A stretch of 64,000 bases of DNA from Selaginella moellendorffii (GCF_000143415.4 NW_003314280.1:868001-932000), one strand, 5' to 3'. Counted from the first letter of the stretch, positions 10,178 to 23,099 are shown. Numbers and translations are program-made. The notes: generated by a model not told the origin, from the letters alone.

Positions 10178-11755
10178 GCCATGCGCAGTTGATTATTTTC
10201 ATATGGCGTGCAATTTGTAAATAATTTGCCGCACTATACATAATTGTAGCATTAAATATTAACAATATCTTATAATATAATTTCTTTAACACTTTTAGGT
10301 GTTAGAAAATATAGTTTGATATTTATAATTTATGAACACTTTTATAATTTATAAACTTTTCTAAACACTTAATTTATTAGTTTTCTTAAGCAAACCCTGA
10401 ACTCGACTAAATCCTGCCCGTATGTAGATGCTCGCGCTGAGTCTGGTGGTCCAGTGACTACCACTTACATGGTGCGATGATCCGCCCCGGTGATTTCGGG
10501 CGCTGTGCAAGTTAGAGTGTATGTACCCAATTTATAGCAAGTTTTCAGTATTGAAATAAGAGAAATAGTGGTCCGATAAATACGGTTTGAGTCATCTTTG
10601 AGTGAATAAGAACCTGGATAGAAATTTTCACCTTTGCATGGTAATGCCTTCACAGAGGAACAATAACAAAAAGGAAACGTCTCAGATGGCTCCGTCGAAT
10701 GCGACGACGAAAAGGCTGTTCCATGGCAAAGCTGCAGCCTTTCCAACGCTGTTAATCGACGAGGCGAACCGGTTCCACGACTGGAGCCTGTGCCCCAAGG
10801 AGCAGCATCATCTCAGGAATCTCCAGGATTACTTTTTCAAGGAGACAAACACAGCCAACGTGATCCTTTGCAGCTCCGAGGACATCAGGTCAGGCTCAAC
10901 GAGCATGTACCCTTCCAGAGATACTTCACAAGGATGATACGTGACCTGCTGGAAAAAGAAGCTCATGAGTGTTCTTGCACCGCAAAGCACACAGCGTTCT
11001 CTACTTCCAGAGGACCTATGGCAGTATCTTTTCTTATGTCGGTGGAGTCTCAGACGAGTGGCAGGCACTTGCGAGAAAGCTTCGTGGAGGCTGGAAAAGG
11101 AAGCTTTTTTGTCCTCTGTTCTTTTTGATGTGGAGACCATGAGTCTTCGCACCAAGTGAGCGGATCCAGAGCTGTTGAAGGAGCTCGAAGCATCCTGGAC
11201 CTCCGAAGGAGTACGACGCGCTCTGTGGGGTGTATTGAGCGAGAAGTAAGTACCTCATTGACGCCGGCATCGTTTCAGAGAAGGCACTCCACAGCTTGGT
11301 GCAACACGAGTTCGTCGCAACTTCTCGTGTCATGGTACAAAGGCCAATACCCTCTGGTCATACATTTTCATGACGTCAATTGTGCAGGTGTGTGCAGAGT
11401 ATGTTATTTTGTTCTTTGTCATTCTAATTCATGCAGGATCAAGCAGAAAGAAAGAAGGCATTGATATTATGAACCTTCTTTTTTCTTTGTTTGTAGTTAC
11501 TCCCAGCAAAATGGTAAAAGTGTATCTTGCTTTGACTTCGTATAGAAGTGCTCCTAAGATTCGTTGGCACCATTCCAGTGCTCAGAGAGGGGGTTGCGGC
11601 AGTAGCTTTCTCTGTTTTCTTGCAGTTCATGCTCACGCCTGAACATTGGAACAAATAGTACAGATGCCTATCTCTTGGTATCTCCTTCGATCTCTAAGTT
11701 CTTAACAGCTTCTTGAAATTTTAGGGCTTGCAACTTTAATTGTGAGCGGGAAGCA

Positions 11756-12900
11756 ATGGCAGATGTCTACGTGCTCCTGGGAATCGTTGGTAGAGAAAAA
11801 CCAAGGTTCTTGCTGTAACTTGATTTTGTGTGTGTGTGTGTGTGTCTACAGGCAATGTCACAGCCATGGTCATGTTTTTGTCACCAACGTGAGAGACGAC
11901 AGATCTTTAAAGACCACCTTTCGTGTTGTAACTGAAAATAAGGAGAAAAGATACCCATTTTTCTTTGTTTCTTGTTTCCAGGCCCACATTCTGGAGGATC
12001 ATCAATTCTCGAGACACCGGATCCTTCTCGCCAGTCCCATACGCTTGCACGCTCCTCAATTGCCTGCTCTGGTTCTTCTACGGCCTCCCCGCCGTCACCT
12101 CCAACAACACGCTCATCGTCACCATCAACGCCGCCGGGATCATCCTCGAGTGCATCTACCTCATCGTCTTCTTCACCTTTGCCCCCGCAACCCACAGGGT
12201 GAGCGCTGCGAAAATCCTGTTTCTATGCTCTTCTACTTTGTCCTGCTTCTTGTCGACCAAAAGCAAAAGAAGGAAAAGGAGAAATGTTTTTCATCTCACC
12301 TGGCTTCGTGTTCCAGGGATATCTCAGCATGCTGCTCGTTGGTGTGGCGGGATTCTTCGCTGCCGCCATCGCAGTCACTCTCACAGCATTCCAGCAGGAG
12401 CAAAGAGCCAAATTCGTCGGTGCGGTGTGTGTGGTGGTCGGGACTCTCATGTACGCCTCGCCACTTTCAGTCATGGTACCAGAGCTACTCGTCTTCCTAG
12501 AAAAACAGAAGAGAACTTTAGAACACAGAAACAAAACTTTCCTTTACCCTCTCCGACTTGCAGAAGCTGGTTATCGCGACTCGAAGCGTCGAATACATGC
12601 CCTTTTCTCTGTCTCTCTGTAGCCTGATCAATGCGCTGCTATGGACTAGCTATGGAGTTCTCAAGCACGACAAGTTCCTCATAGTAAGCTAAGCCTTCAA
12701 AAGTCGAAGAGCTTCTTTCACTGCTTTGTCCATAGGTCCCAAACACGATTGGAGCTATCCTGGGACTACTCCAGCTCGCAATTTACTCTCACTTCCAAAG
12801 GGAAGAAGACACCGAGTTCTTTCACAATCTGCCAGACTTCTCACCGCCTCATCACAGCAAGCTCAAGCACTCCAAGTCATCAAACTCATATCTCAAATGA
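11756..12900 (+). CDS. SWEET: SWEET sugar transporter (MtN3/saliva), 6 exons
   Basis: GNVTAMVMFLSPTPTFWRI, FSPVPYACTLLNCLLW..YG, TIN..G, MYASPLSVM, SVEYMPFSLS and VPNTIG, joined by GT-AG introns. TGA at 12898-12900. Confidence 0.93.
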
Positions 12901-13072
12901 ACGAAGAAAAAGCAAGAAGAGAAGTTGAACAACAAAAAGGCTTCGTAGGCATTACAGAGATCAATCAAAGACCCCTCGGATAAAAAGAACCAAAAAAAAA
13001 GTAGAAAAGAAACAAACTCTCATCAGCGACGAACCTCTCCTGTGTTCTCTTATGTCGTTAGGAAAAACTTCT

Positions 13073-14090
13073 TTAGCCCTTGACCCTCTTCCTGGCCTCC
13101 TCCACGATGGAAAGCTTGATACCTTTGCCTTTGGGAAGAGAGACCCACGGCTTGGTCCCCTGGCCAATGGTGAAAACGTTGCCCATTCGGGTGGCGAAGT
13201 CCTGACCGACCGAGTCCTTGATGTGAATGATGTCGAAGCTCCCCTTGTGCTTCTCTCGGTGCTGAATGGTACCGACTCTCCCCCTGTTGCGACCACCAGT
13301 GACCATCACCACGTTGCCAACGTCGAACTTGATGAACTCCTTGATCTTGCCAGTCTCCAGGTCGATCTTGATGGTGTCGTTGGCCTTGATCAGAGGGTCC
13401 GGGTAGCGGATGGTTCTCCCGTCGTAAGTCGTCAGGAACGGGATCCCCTTGGCACCGAACCTCACGGCGCGGACCTTGCAGAGCTTGAACTGTTGACACC
13501 AAAACAAAGTTACTACGGAAAGAAAGTACTTGGAGATGTGAGTGAATGAGTACCTTGGCCTCCTCGGCGTTGATCGAGTGCAAGGTGAATCGGCCCTTGC
13601 TGTCATAGAGGAGACGGTAGTTCTCATCCACCTTGCCGACCGTCAACACATCTAGAAAAGCGAAACAAGCAAGTCAGTCGGGTAAGAGAGGAAAAAAAAT
13701 CGAGAACTTACCCATGAATCCAGCGGGATAGCATTTGTCCGTCCGGACCTTGCCATCAATCGAGATGAGCTTTTGCATCACGATTGCGACCACCTCTCGG
13801 TAAGTCAAGGCATAGTTGAGCCTGTTTCGAAGTACAATCACCAGAGGCAAGCATTCTCTCTCCTTGTGAGGGCCCGACGATGGCTTTGGAGCCTGGAAAA
13901 GCAAGGCCGCCGTGAGCGCACGGATCTACCTGGGAAAAACAAAGGGGAAGAGAGACTTACGAAGGCACCGCCGAGCTTGCTCAGCATCCAATGCTTGGGG
14001 GCATTGAGCACCTTCAGATGCTTCTTCGGCCCGCGCACCTGCACAACACAAGAATCGTAAGATCCCGCGATAGCCGCGCGCTCTCACCAT
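13073..14090 (-). CDS. RPS4: 40S ribosomal protein S4 (eS4); first coding exon is the ATG alone
   Basis: [44 protein letters not shown] and [15 protein letters not shown]. Telo-box-like motifs lie upstream (14113-14160). Confidence 0.97.
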
Positions 14091-14639
14091 TGCTGCACGC
14101 TCCTCCGCCTAGAACCCTAGCCGCCGTGGAAACCCTCAAAAACAGGAATTAGGGTTAGGGCATATGAAAATTTTAAAATATTTTTTAATGTTAATATTGA
14201 ATAGAGTATTCTTAAGAAAGAAAATATCTTATTAGTTTTTCTCATAACTAACTCAAAGCTTTTGAGCATTAAGAACACTAAATATATTGTTAAATATCCT
14301 AAATAATTCAGATAAATACTATTTGCAATTTATTATTTTCTTATAAATTATTAATGAAAATACACAATGAGAATTTTATGACAATCAATAAGATGATAAA
14401 ACTAACTCATAAAGTAATTCACATTATAATATGTACATAAATCAAAATTTAATGTTAAAAAAGTCACTATTAAATATCAGTAGATATTGAAAACTATAAT
14501 ATAGTAAAACAAAATACATTTTTTATATATTACATGAATAAATTAGTGAATTTATAATTCAAAAAAGTTTAAGAAAAATAAAATTCTATATATATTTAGG
14601 ATGGTTTTTGCAATAAATCTTATCTTTATGGATTTTCAT

Positions 14640-14642
<3 letters not shown>

Positions 14643-14680
<38 letters not shown>

Positions 14681-14911
14681 TATGAACTTATATCCATACA
14701 TATAAGAGAGATACCACGTGCACACAAACACACATATATATATATATCTCTTTCTTTCTTCTCGTCTAGATACACATACACGCACACGCGAAAAAGAGAA
14801 AAACAGAATTTNNNNNNNNNNNNNNNNNNNNNNNNNNNNNNNNNNNNNNNNNNNNNNNNNNNNNNNNNNNNNNNNNNNNNNNNNNNNNNNNNNNNNNNNN
14901 NNNNNNNNNNN

Positions 14912-14988
<77 letters not shown>

Positions 14989-15840
14989 AAAATTATGGCA
15001 ATAAATATGTAATTGTATGTGGGAGCATTATACATTTACATATACACTGATTTATTTTTTTCTTTTTAAATTGCATGAAAAATATTATGCACATAATCAC
15101 TTTTAAATTGTTATTAAGCAATTAAAATATGATTATGTGTATAATATTTTTATTATGGGATATATCATATATGTATGAGGTGTAACATCTTATAAGCAAC
15201 CAAGGAGAACGACTCGAAAAGTAATCCATAAAGGTTTAAATATAAAAAAAAAAGGCTTATGAACAAAAATACACCCCCTTTTTCAATTAGTTAAAGGTCT
15301 TGGGATATTTAAGGTTAAGTGTTCTTGGGTTTGAATAATACTGGGCTGAGAAGTCCAAACTCAAGAGCTTACACATCTTTGACTGCCACACAAAATTGAT
15401 GCCATGTTATCTCAAACAATATATCATAAAAAATATATTAATAGTTTTTTCATGTTATTGAATATAAATTTGTGATCTTTTGATTATGATCATCTTTTTC
15501 CTACTTTATATGCATTTTTATTTGCCTTTTATTCCGTGTGGCTATGCATCATTTATTGCAATTTAAAAATGTATTTTGATTGCAATACACACTAATGTAA
15601 ATATAATGCTTCAATCATCTTTATAAATATTTTTCATTTCTTACAACTTATTTAAATTGCAATGTCTTAATATAGAGTTTGTGGATATGATGTTTTTCAT
15701 TTTTTCATTAAGCGTGTTAAATTTTAAATGCATTTTAGATGCCATGAGCTAAGCTTGCCAGCACTATATATTTAAAACACTTTTATTGGTGAGGATAATA
15801 GAAAGAACTTTACATATTAAGCCCAAATCATTATAATACT

Positions 15841-15906
<66 letters not shown>
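14643..15906. repeat. AT-rich intergenic DNA with (TA)n tracts (14643-14679, 14912-14983, 15844-15906) and a 100-N gap (14812-14911)
   Basis: Direct read. Confidence 0.9.
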
Positions 15907-15908
<2 letters not shown>

Positions 15909-17134
15909 TTAGGAACATGATAAATAATTAGAACTAACACTTTACTACAGCTATAGTAAAACCCACTTGCTCATAAAAAACTATTGCACTCAACACCCCA
16001 AATATTCAAAGAAGATTTTGTGCTCATCTTCACATTTTAATCTATACACCAATCAATCATTAAACCTAAAGCCTATACTTTAGTGACATATCAAAAAATC
16101 TTATATAGAATTGAATTTACACAACACAAAAAATTATATATATAACACTATTTGGACTTTACCATTTCATATTTGGTAGGCACTAATACATGGATAAAGT
16201 GTGTTTAAAATACTATTTTGTAAGTTATGTATATGTATTACAACAATTTAAGCACGTCTATTTTTTTTTCATGTATTTTGCAAGCTTCAACAATTTTTTA
16301 TGAAATCACCTTCCTTGAGGTGTACCTCTTTTTCAAAATTATTATCACAAATTGCTTGCTATATAAAATTAGAAGGCTAATTGTATGAAAAATTATTTTA
16401 AAAAACATGTAAACTTCTTTGATCTTAATATACCTATTTATGTACTTTTGTGTTTGATGTTAAGTGTTATTAAATTTATCATAAAAATTACTTCCACTCA
16501 AAGTGGTATGCTAAGAACATTAATGCGTTAAAACGTGAGAAATGTAGTAGCCTAGTACCGCAAGCGACACAAGCCCCTTATGATCCTCATTAAATTCCAC
16601 CACGTCCGTAGGCTATATTTGAGCCATGGCAATGGGTCCAAGCCCATTTCTTTTCTTAGCTGGAAAGACGCGGCTACATTTATGTCATATAACGCAAGCC
16701 CTCATCTCCGTACCACTTGGAAACTTTAAAAGTTTAAAATCTCTCCTTCCCGCGCGGCATTGACTGGTGGACCATCAGGCCGTCAAGCGTTTGCCATTAA
16801 CTAGCCGTCCGCGTTGGGAACCAGGCCGTCAGCCCGTCAAAGAAGGACACGTGACTCACTTTCGGGGCATTTGATTGGCCCAGGTAAAAACTCGGGTCGC
16901 CTCTGTTTTACCTGCCTCGAGGGTTTATCAAGGCTAGGTCAAAATCGAGCAAGAAAATGGCGCTGGCAGAGATGCCAATGGATTGGGCGGACAGGACGGC
17001 GCTTCACAAATCTCTGCTCGAGCGGGAAGATTGATCGTGAATCGTTAAAGTCTCTCACAAATCTCCATCATTTTTCTCATCTTCCTCTCGCAGCAGCAGT
17101 AGCAGTAGCAGTAGCAGCAGCAGTAACAACAGCG

Positions 17135-18334
17135 ATGGCAGCGATGGCCGCCCCGCATTGCCTCCTAGGGTTCTTGCTCCTCGCCTTCTTGATTGTCGCA
17201 GCGTCCCACCAAGAACACCAAGAATCCAAGAATCCGGCTCAAAGAAAGCTCCTCCAGCAGCCGCCGGCAGCGGCATTCCCGAATCCCAGCCTCCAGGCGG
17301 CCTACATTGCGCTCCAGGCATGGAAGTCGAGGATCACGGGCGATCCCCAGGGCATCACCGCGACATGGATTGGACTCGACGTCTGCCGCTACCGCGGCGT
17401 GTTTTGCTCGCCCGCGCCGGACGACTCGTGCAAGGAGGTGGTGAGCGGCATCGATCTAAACCACGGCTTTCTCTCGGGGACGCTGCCCGAGGAGCTCGGC
17501 CTCCTCACCTATCTCGCCCTCTTCCACATCAACACCAATCTCTTCTGCGGCACGCTGCCCGGATCCATGGCCACGCTCCTCCTCCTCTACGAGCTCGACG
17601 TCTCCAACAACAGGTTCTCGGGCCCCTTCCCGCTCGTCACGCTCGCCATGCCATCGCTCGCCTACCTCGACCTGCGCTACAACGGCTTCTCCGGCGAGCT
17701 CCCGGGCGCGCTCTTCGACAAGCACCTGGACGCGCTCTTCGTCAACAACAACCAATTCGCGGCCCAGGTGCCATGGAATCTGGGCAGCTCCACCGTCTCG
17801 GTCGCCAATTTCGCGAACAATCGCTTCTCCGGGGGGATCCCGCCCAGCATCGGCAACATGCGCCGCACGCTCAACGAGATCATCTTCCTCGGCAACCGAT
17901 TCGATGGCTGCATCCCGGGCGAGATCGGGCTCCTCGACCAGCTCAACGTCTTCGATGTGAGCTACAACTCGCTGGGCGGTGGCCTCCCGCCCAGCATCGC
18001 GCAGATGATCAGCCTCGAGCAGCTGGACGTGGCGTTCAATCTCCTCACCGGCGACGTGCCCGCGGCGATCTGCGATCTCCCCAACCTCGAGAACTTCACG
18101 TTCGCGGGGAATTTCTTCTCCGGGGAGAGCCCGGATTGCCTGGCGCTGCCGTCGCGGGGGAGGATCGTGGACGACCGCGGCAATTGCATCCCCAATCGGC
18201 CGCTCCAGCGGCCCGCGCAGCAGTGCCAGGCGTTTCTATCGCAGGAGCCATCGTGCTTCCCATTGCCGCCCAAATCGTTCTTCCCCAATCCCCCTCTCCC
18301 CTGCTCGCCGCCGCCTTCCACTCCTCCCTACTAG
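17135..18334 (+). CDS. Leucine-rich-repeat extensin-like (LRX/PEX family) secreted protein with a very short Pro-rich tail, intronless
   Basis: Signal peptide, AYIALQAWK..I..DP, DVC.Y.GVFC, GIDLNH, ALFHINTN.FCG, LDVSNNRFSGPFP, NCIPNRPLQR..QC and C-terminal SPPPSTPPY*. Confidence 0.92.
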   Translation: MAAMAAPHCLLGFLLLAFLIVAASHQEHQESKNPAQRKLLQQPPAAAFPNPSLQAAYIALQAWKSRITGDPQGITATWIGLDVCRYRGVFCSPAPDDSCKEVVSGIDLNHGFLSGTLPEELGLLTYLALFHINTNLFCGTLPGSMATLLLLYELDVSNNRFSGPFPLVTLAMPSLAYLDLRYNGFSGELPGALFDKHLDALFVNNNQFAAQVPWNLGSSTVSVANFANNRFSGGIPPSIGNMRRTLNEIIFLGNRFDGCIPGEIGLLDQLNVFDVSYNSLGGGLPPSIAQMISLEQLDVAFNLLTGDVPAAICDLPNLENFTFAGNFFSGESPDCLALPSRGRIVDDRGNCIPNRPLQRPAQQCQAFLSQEPSCFPLPPKSFFPNPPLPCSPPPSTPPY

Positions 18335-18614
18335 ATCTCTTTTGCTAGAACTAGATCACGGGTCCATCCACCGATCAATGATCGATGCTAGTTTTTTTCG
18401 TTTGTTCTTCGCAGTCTGGAATAACAAAATCTATAAATCTCTTGACAAGGATCTGTGGATCGCCCACCGCAATGCCTCTTGTTCTACTCTGGGCATTTGG
18501 ATGGAGTGGAGCATTTAGGCCGATCATTCACTGCTCGTCAGCGCCTTTCCAGAGAGAGGGACGTTTTTAGTTTCTTTCAATTTCTCTCTGGCACCAAATC
18601 AGCCCTAAGTAACG

Positions 18615-18837
18615 ACCTTGCCCGCAGTACCGCGCGGTAAAATGCAAGATTCGACAGTACCGTGCGGCACATTGTAAGCCATTGACCGCTCGCTACCTTG
18701 CGCGGTACGAAACAACGTAGTCTTTATTTCAAGCGTTCCGACGGTACCGCGCGGTACAAAGACAAAGAGCTTGACGGCACCTTGCGCGGCATGAAACGTG
18801 TTTTTTCAAGCGTTCTGACGGTACCGCACGGTACAAA
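18615..18837. repeat. Degenerate tandem array with six GTACCGCGCGGTAC-like palindromes
   Basis: Copies near 18627, 18657, 18694, 18744, 18777 and 18821. A higher-order unit is duplicated (18695-18760 vs 18779-18837). Confidence 0.8.
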
Positions 18838-18847
18838 TGCAAAAACT

Positions 18848-19567
18848 TTAGCAGCACCCGGTCTTGGACTCTTTCTTCTCGGACAGGAGGAGTGTTGTCC
18901 CCGGTATTGGAACTTGCTGGCTACCACCAGCGCCCTCGGAGAGGCTCTTCTTGCTGACAATCCTGTAAATCTCCGTGAGCACCGAGAAGAAAGCGCTGTC
19001 GACGTTGGTGGCTTCCAGGGCCGACGTCTCCATGAAGAAGAGCTCCTCTCTCTCGGCCAGATCCTTGGCTTCCTCCACAGACACCGCTCGCAAGTTGCCT
19101 AGATCGGATTTGTTACCCACCAGCATCACCACGATGTTGTTGTCAGCGTGAACTTTGAGCTCCTCCAGCCACCTTGTGACGTGCTCGAACGTTGGCCGCT
19201 TGGTGATGTCGTAGACCACCAGCGCTCCCACTGCTCCGCGGTAGTACGCACTGGTAATCGCTCGGTACCTGGTAGTTTGATCGATGAGCGCTAATAAAAA
19301 TGTGATTTTGGAAGAGGAAAAAACTCTCTAAGGCTAGAAGTACCTCTCTTGACCGGCGGTGTCCCAGATCTGTGCCTTGATCGTCTTGTGATCCACCACC
19401 ATGGTCCGGGTCTGGAACTCGACGCCGATCGTTGCCTTGGATTCCAGAGTGAACTCGTTCCTGGAGAACCTGGCTAGCAGCTGCGACTTTCCTACTGCCG
19501 AGTCCCCAATCAGAACCACCTTGAAGACATAGTCGATCTTCTGATTCATGTCCACGAATCCATTCAT
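18848..19567 (-). CDS. RABA: Rab11-family small GTPase, RabA4-like; exons 19567-19344 and 19268-18848
   Basis: [54 protein letters not shown] and a C-terminal CC prenylation motif. Confidence 0.96.
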
Positions 19568-19773
19568 GCTCAGCTAGGACTGTGCCGGATCCAGAATAGT
19601 CACCCCCACTTCTCGATCGTGAAGCGGTCCGCCTCACCCAATAGAGGGGCACCAAAAGAAAAAACTTGCTGTCCTCGTTGTCGGGGAGACACAGTCAAGT
19701 TTTTACTTCACCCCACGTGTTGAGCTTCTCTTCTTGCTACCGTATATGCACCACCGTCGCCTTTTCTGAGAAT

Positions 19774-22700
19774 TCAATCGTCCTCGTCCTCCTCGGATTC
19801 GAGATCCCACTCACTTTCCTCCTCCTGTTCGTCGTCACCGGCCTCTTCAGGAGGACGGAATCGCTCAGCCTCGGACTCGCTGCCATCACTGCTAATCTCA
19901 CTGTCGAGCAGATCGTCGCTGTAGGCCATTTCATCATCGTCGTCGTGGTGGAGCTTCTTCCTGTCGGCCAACAACTCGCCATCTATATCATCCTCTTGGT
20001 ACTGTACAAGCGAGAAAGCAAAGTTACGCATCGACGAAAGATTTGAATCGAACATTGTATGAGAAAAAGTTTGGTTGGTAGCTTACGTACCTTGGAATCA
20101 ATCGCCTTGTACAGCGCACTATGCGGTGTGTCTGGCAGAGCATTGCTCTTGAGAAGATAGTCCTGTAAAAATTCCAATGAGTTGGTTGTTGGTGAGAACC
20201 AGAAACTTTAAAAGCTACTGCCGCGGGAGTACTTACGTAGTCTTTTCGGAGCTTCATTATCAGCTCCTCGAGCTTCTCGATATGGAGTTGAAGAGCCTGT
20301 AAAAAGAAAGTAAGAAAAAGTGCTTAGACGACGAGAAAAAAAGAAAGAAAAAATGTAAAGCACACCTTCTTTCGTTGATTTCTTTAGATCGAGCTAAAGC
20401 TTTGCGTTTCGTGAGCAGGCTACGCGGTCTTAATTCAGCTGGACGTTGGTAATTCTTCCCCCTGTACACAATAATCGCTTGACCCTTGGACGTAGTTACT
20501 ACTCCCACCAAGATGCCACCGCTTTCAATTTCCAGCATCTTCGCCACTTCCAAAGCTATCGCCTTATCTTTCTCCTTGAGAATAAGCTTTACCAACTCTC
20601 TGTGTTTCCAATGTAGATGCATATTTTCAATAACACCATCAAATACTCCTCGTCTACCTGCATACATGGTTCTTGCTCACAAAAGATCTAGAAAAAACAA
20701 AGACAATTTACCGATAAGTAGAAATGCGTCCATCCTTAGTCCCAGCTTCTTAAACATGTAACGCTCCTCTTCCGTGATGGTCTCCCGATCGCGAGGATGC
20801 TCAGACAACAGCAAAGATCGCTCAAGTTTCACTATCTGCAAGTCAGCTCTCCTTTTCTTGGATATGGCCTGCAACGTCCACGGTCAGTACCTCGCTACAA
20901 GTTTACACAAGGGACAGCTTACCGCAGCAAGTTTTGCCTCCAATCGCTTCTGTTCCCTCACTTTCAGAGCTACAACTGCGGAATTCCTGTCCATTTCGTC
21001 ATCTTTCTCGCTTCTCTGTGCTTCCCATTGCCTCCTCATCTCCATTGACTCGCTCAGTGAACCTGATACAGGTGTCGTTCTGTTTTGTCCATCACCGATC
21101 TGCGCTGGTATTCGAACTTGATCCTCTTTGAGAAGGAGTTCTCTCATATTTGACTCGCGTTCTCTAAGTACAGCTGCCACTGACGTTGGAAGGAAGTCCT
21201 TCCCACGGTACAAAGTGATAAAAAACTTGTCCCTTGAGAGTAAAACTCCTCCGGTAAGCCTCTGTAACAGCAAAAATCAATTCATGACGAGCGAAAGTCA
21301 CACATACCTCCAGTTCTTCAGCCATGAGCTGATTCCTCGTGTTTTGAACACCTCTTTTCAGACCGATTTTAACTAATTCGCTTTTCTGCCACAGTTTCAA
21401 AATAGCAGAAGCCAAGCCTTGTAATCCTCGGTTCCGACCTGTTGCCACAATTGAAACGAAGCTACGTTAGCACCATTTCAAGCACTCAGTCATTTACCAA
21501 GGACGAAGTGTGGAGGAAGCGGTTTCACAAGCCTTCGTAAGACTGTCAGCTCCATGTTTGACAAGTTCTTTTTGGCTCTGTACGGCAGCATCCTGAGCGG
21601 CGGCTTGTATCCGGGAACAGACGCTGGCAACAAATCTCCATCAACAGGCACGGGCTTTCTTCCAATCCAATCATCGTAACGTGGACCAAGCTCCTCCAAG
21701 AGAGCATCAATCTCATCCAAGTATTCGTCTTCAATGTTGCCTTTCTCGGAATCCCGCCGAGCTTCTCCATGCTCTGACTGGCTGTAGTCACGATCCTCGT
21801 CCTCATCTCTGATCTTTATAGCCTCCATCAAATTTATCTTTCTCCGTTGATATTTTTTCAAGTTCGCCACCATAGAGTTGTCAACGCGAGCAAAGTATCC
21901 TTTCCCCCGATATAAATGGCCATTCCTCCAGTTCTCCATACTACTAAGCCACCAGTTTTTTGGTCTACCCAGCAACCCAAATTATAAAGAACCACGGAAG
22001 TGCGCAACTGCTAATGAAAAAAGAGAAAATAGAAAAGACAGCCATTTACCTCTAGTTTCGTTCGTGCGTTTGTTTCATGTTTATCGCTGCCGGACCATCG
22101 CACTGGATTTTCACTACCTCGCATTTCTGCCAGCGGCGATGGATATCTTGAACGACTGCTTTGGTGACCCCGAGATAGCCGACTTTGATCGGATTGACAA
22201 CCCGGATAGCAATGCGTTGCAATCTCCTCAGCTCCAGCTCCGGAATCGTTAGCTCCGCCAGGCATGGAAGCTTTGGCGGCTGCGGTCGCGTCACAGGAGT
22301 CGGTGCCTCGGACGATGATTCACGCTGCCATGGAAAGCTCCCTTGCTGGCTGGTAGAGTCCCTGCCCTCCAGGCTCGAGCTTTCAGAGAATGGAGCGGCA
22401 GTAGTATCCGGTGGAACCACGTGGGTGCTGTAGCTCCTTTGCTTCCGCTCGATAGCGCGCAGCTTCTCCACAATGTTGAGCATGTGAGAGTGGGAGCTCC
22501 CATTTCCAGCGTCGGGCTTGGGCCGGGGGAATCTGTTCGACTTGTTCGCCAGTGGCGTTGGAGTGCTCTGATCCCATGGAGTTCTCTGCGGACTTGGAGC
22601 TCCAAAGCCTAGATTTCCATTGAAATTGCCCGCAGCTCCCTCGTCTGGTCTCGTCTGCCAAGGGAGCTCTCTTCGTCGCTGAGATAGCGTCCTCACCCTA

Positions 22701-22894
22701 GCAATGCCGCTGCTGTTCTGGTGATTTTGGTCATCGGCAGGCGCGGGAGTGGAGGATGAAGACGAAGAACAGTGAGCTGGGAAAATGCGGCGCTGCTGGA
22801 AGAGATAATCAGGGTTTGATCGAAGAAGCAGCCGATTGCCCGACAACGGCGAAGTCGAGGCGCCGGATTGAAGCGCCATCCTGGAAATACTCAT
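19774..22894 (-). CDS. Chloroplast CRM (CRS1/YhbY)-domain RNA-splicing factor, CFM2/CFM3-like; contains small frameshifts as assembled
   Basis: Transit-peptide-like start, [14 protein letters not shown], three CRM domains ([66 protein letters not shown]) and an acidic tail. Confidence 0.85.
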
Positions 22895-22993
22895 ACCTGG
22901 ATTCAGGGGGCCGCCGCCGCTTCTTCCCCGCCACAGTCACGAGGACGCGAGAGTGGCCGCCATAGCCAGAGCATTCCCGGGGGTTTTAGCTTT

Positions 22994-23057
22994 AAACCCT
23001 TAGGGCTTTATCCTTGCCACGTGGACACAAATAACGGTAAAAGCACTTGCCACGTCA
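22994..23057. promoter_or_regulatory. G-box (CACGTG, 23018-23023), G/C-box hybrid (CACGTC, 23051-23056) and a telo-box-like motif in a 205-bp divergent promoter
   Basis: GCCACGTGG and TGCCACGTCA lie between the CRM gene and the coiled-coil gene. Confidence 0.5.
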
Positions 23058-23099
23058 TTGTACCGTTTTTGGAGATGAAGGATTAGGGCTCCCTCGAGG

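Larger units (their letters stand above)
8907..11330 (+). pseudogene. Split, degenerate P-loop ATPase-like gene remnant (pieces ~8907-9029 and ~10710-11330)
   Basis: MVLVT-KSTVLREF looks like a Walker A with the GxxxxG loop deleted. PTLLIDEANRFHDW...ANVILCSSE is Walker B-like. Stops and frameshifts are present. Confidence 0.4.

Noticed and set aside
16814-17134. 107-codon upstream extension of the LRX ORF
   Set aside because: It starts at a TTG, lies in front of a clear signal peptide and includes a CAG/TAG repeat leader. ATG 17135 is preferred.
18615-18837. CRISPR-like look of the palindrome array
   Set aside because: The repeats are degenerate, the spacers are irregular and partly duplicated, there are no cas genes, and the context is eukaryotic.
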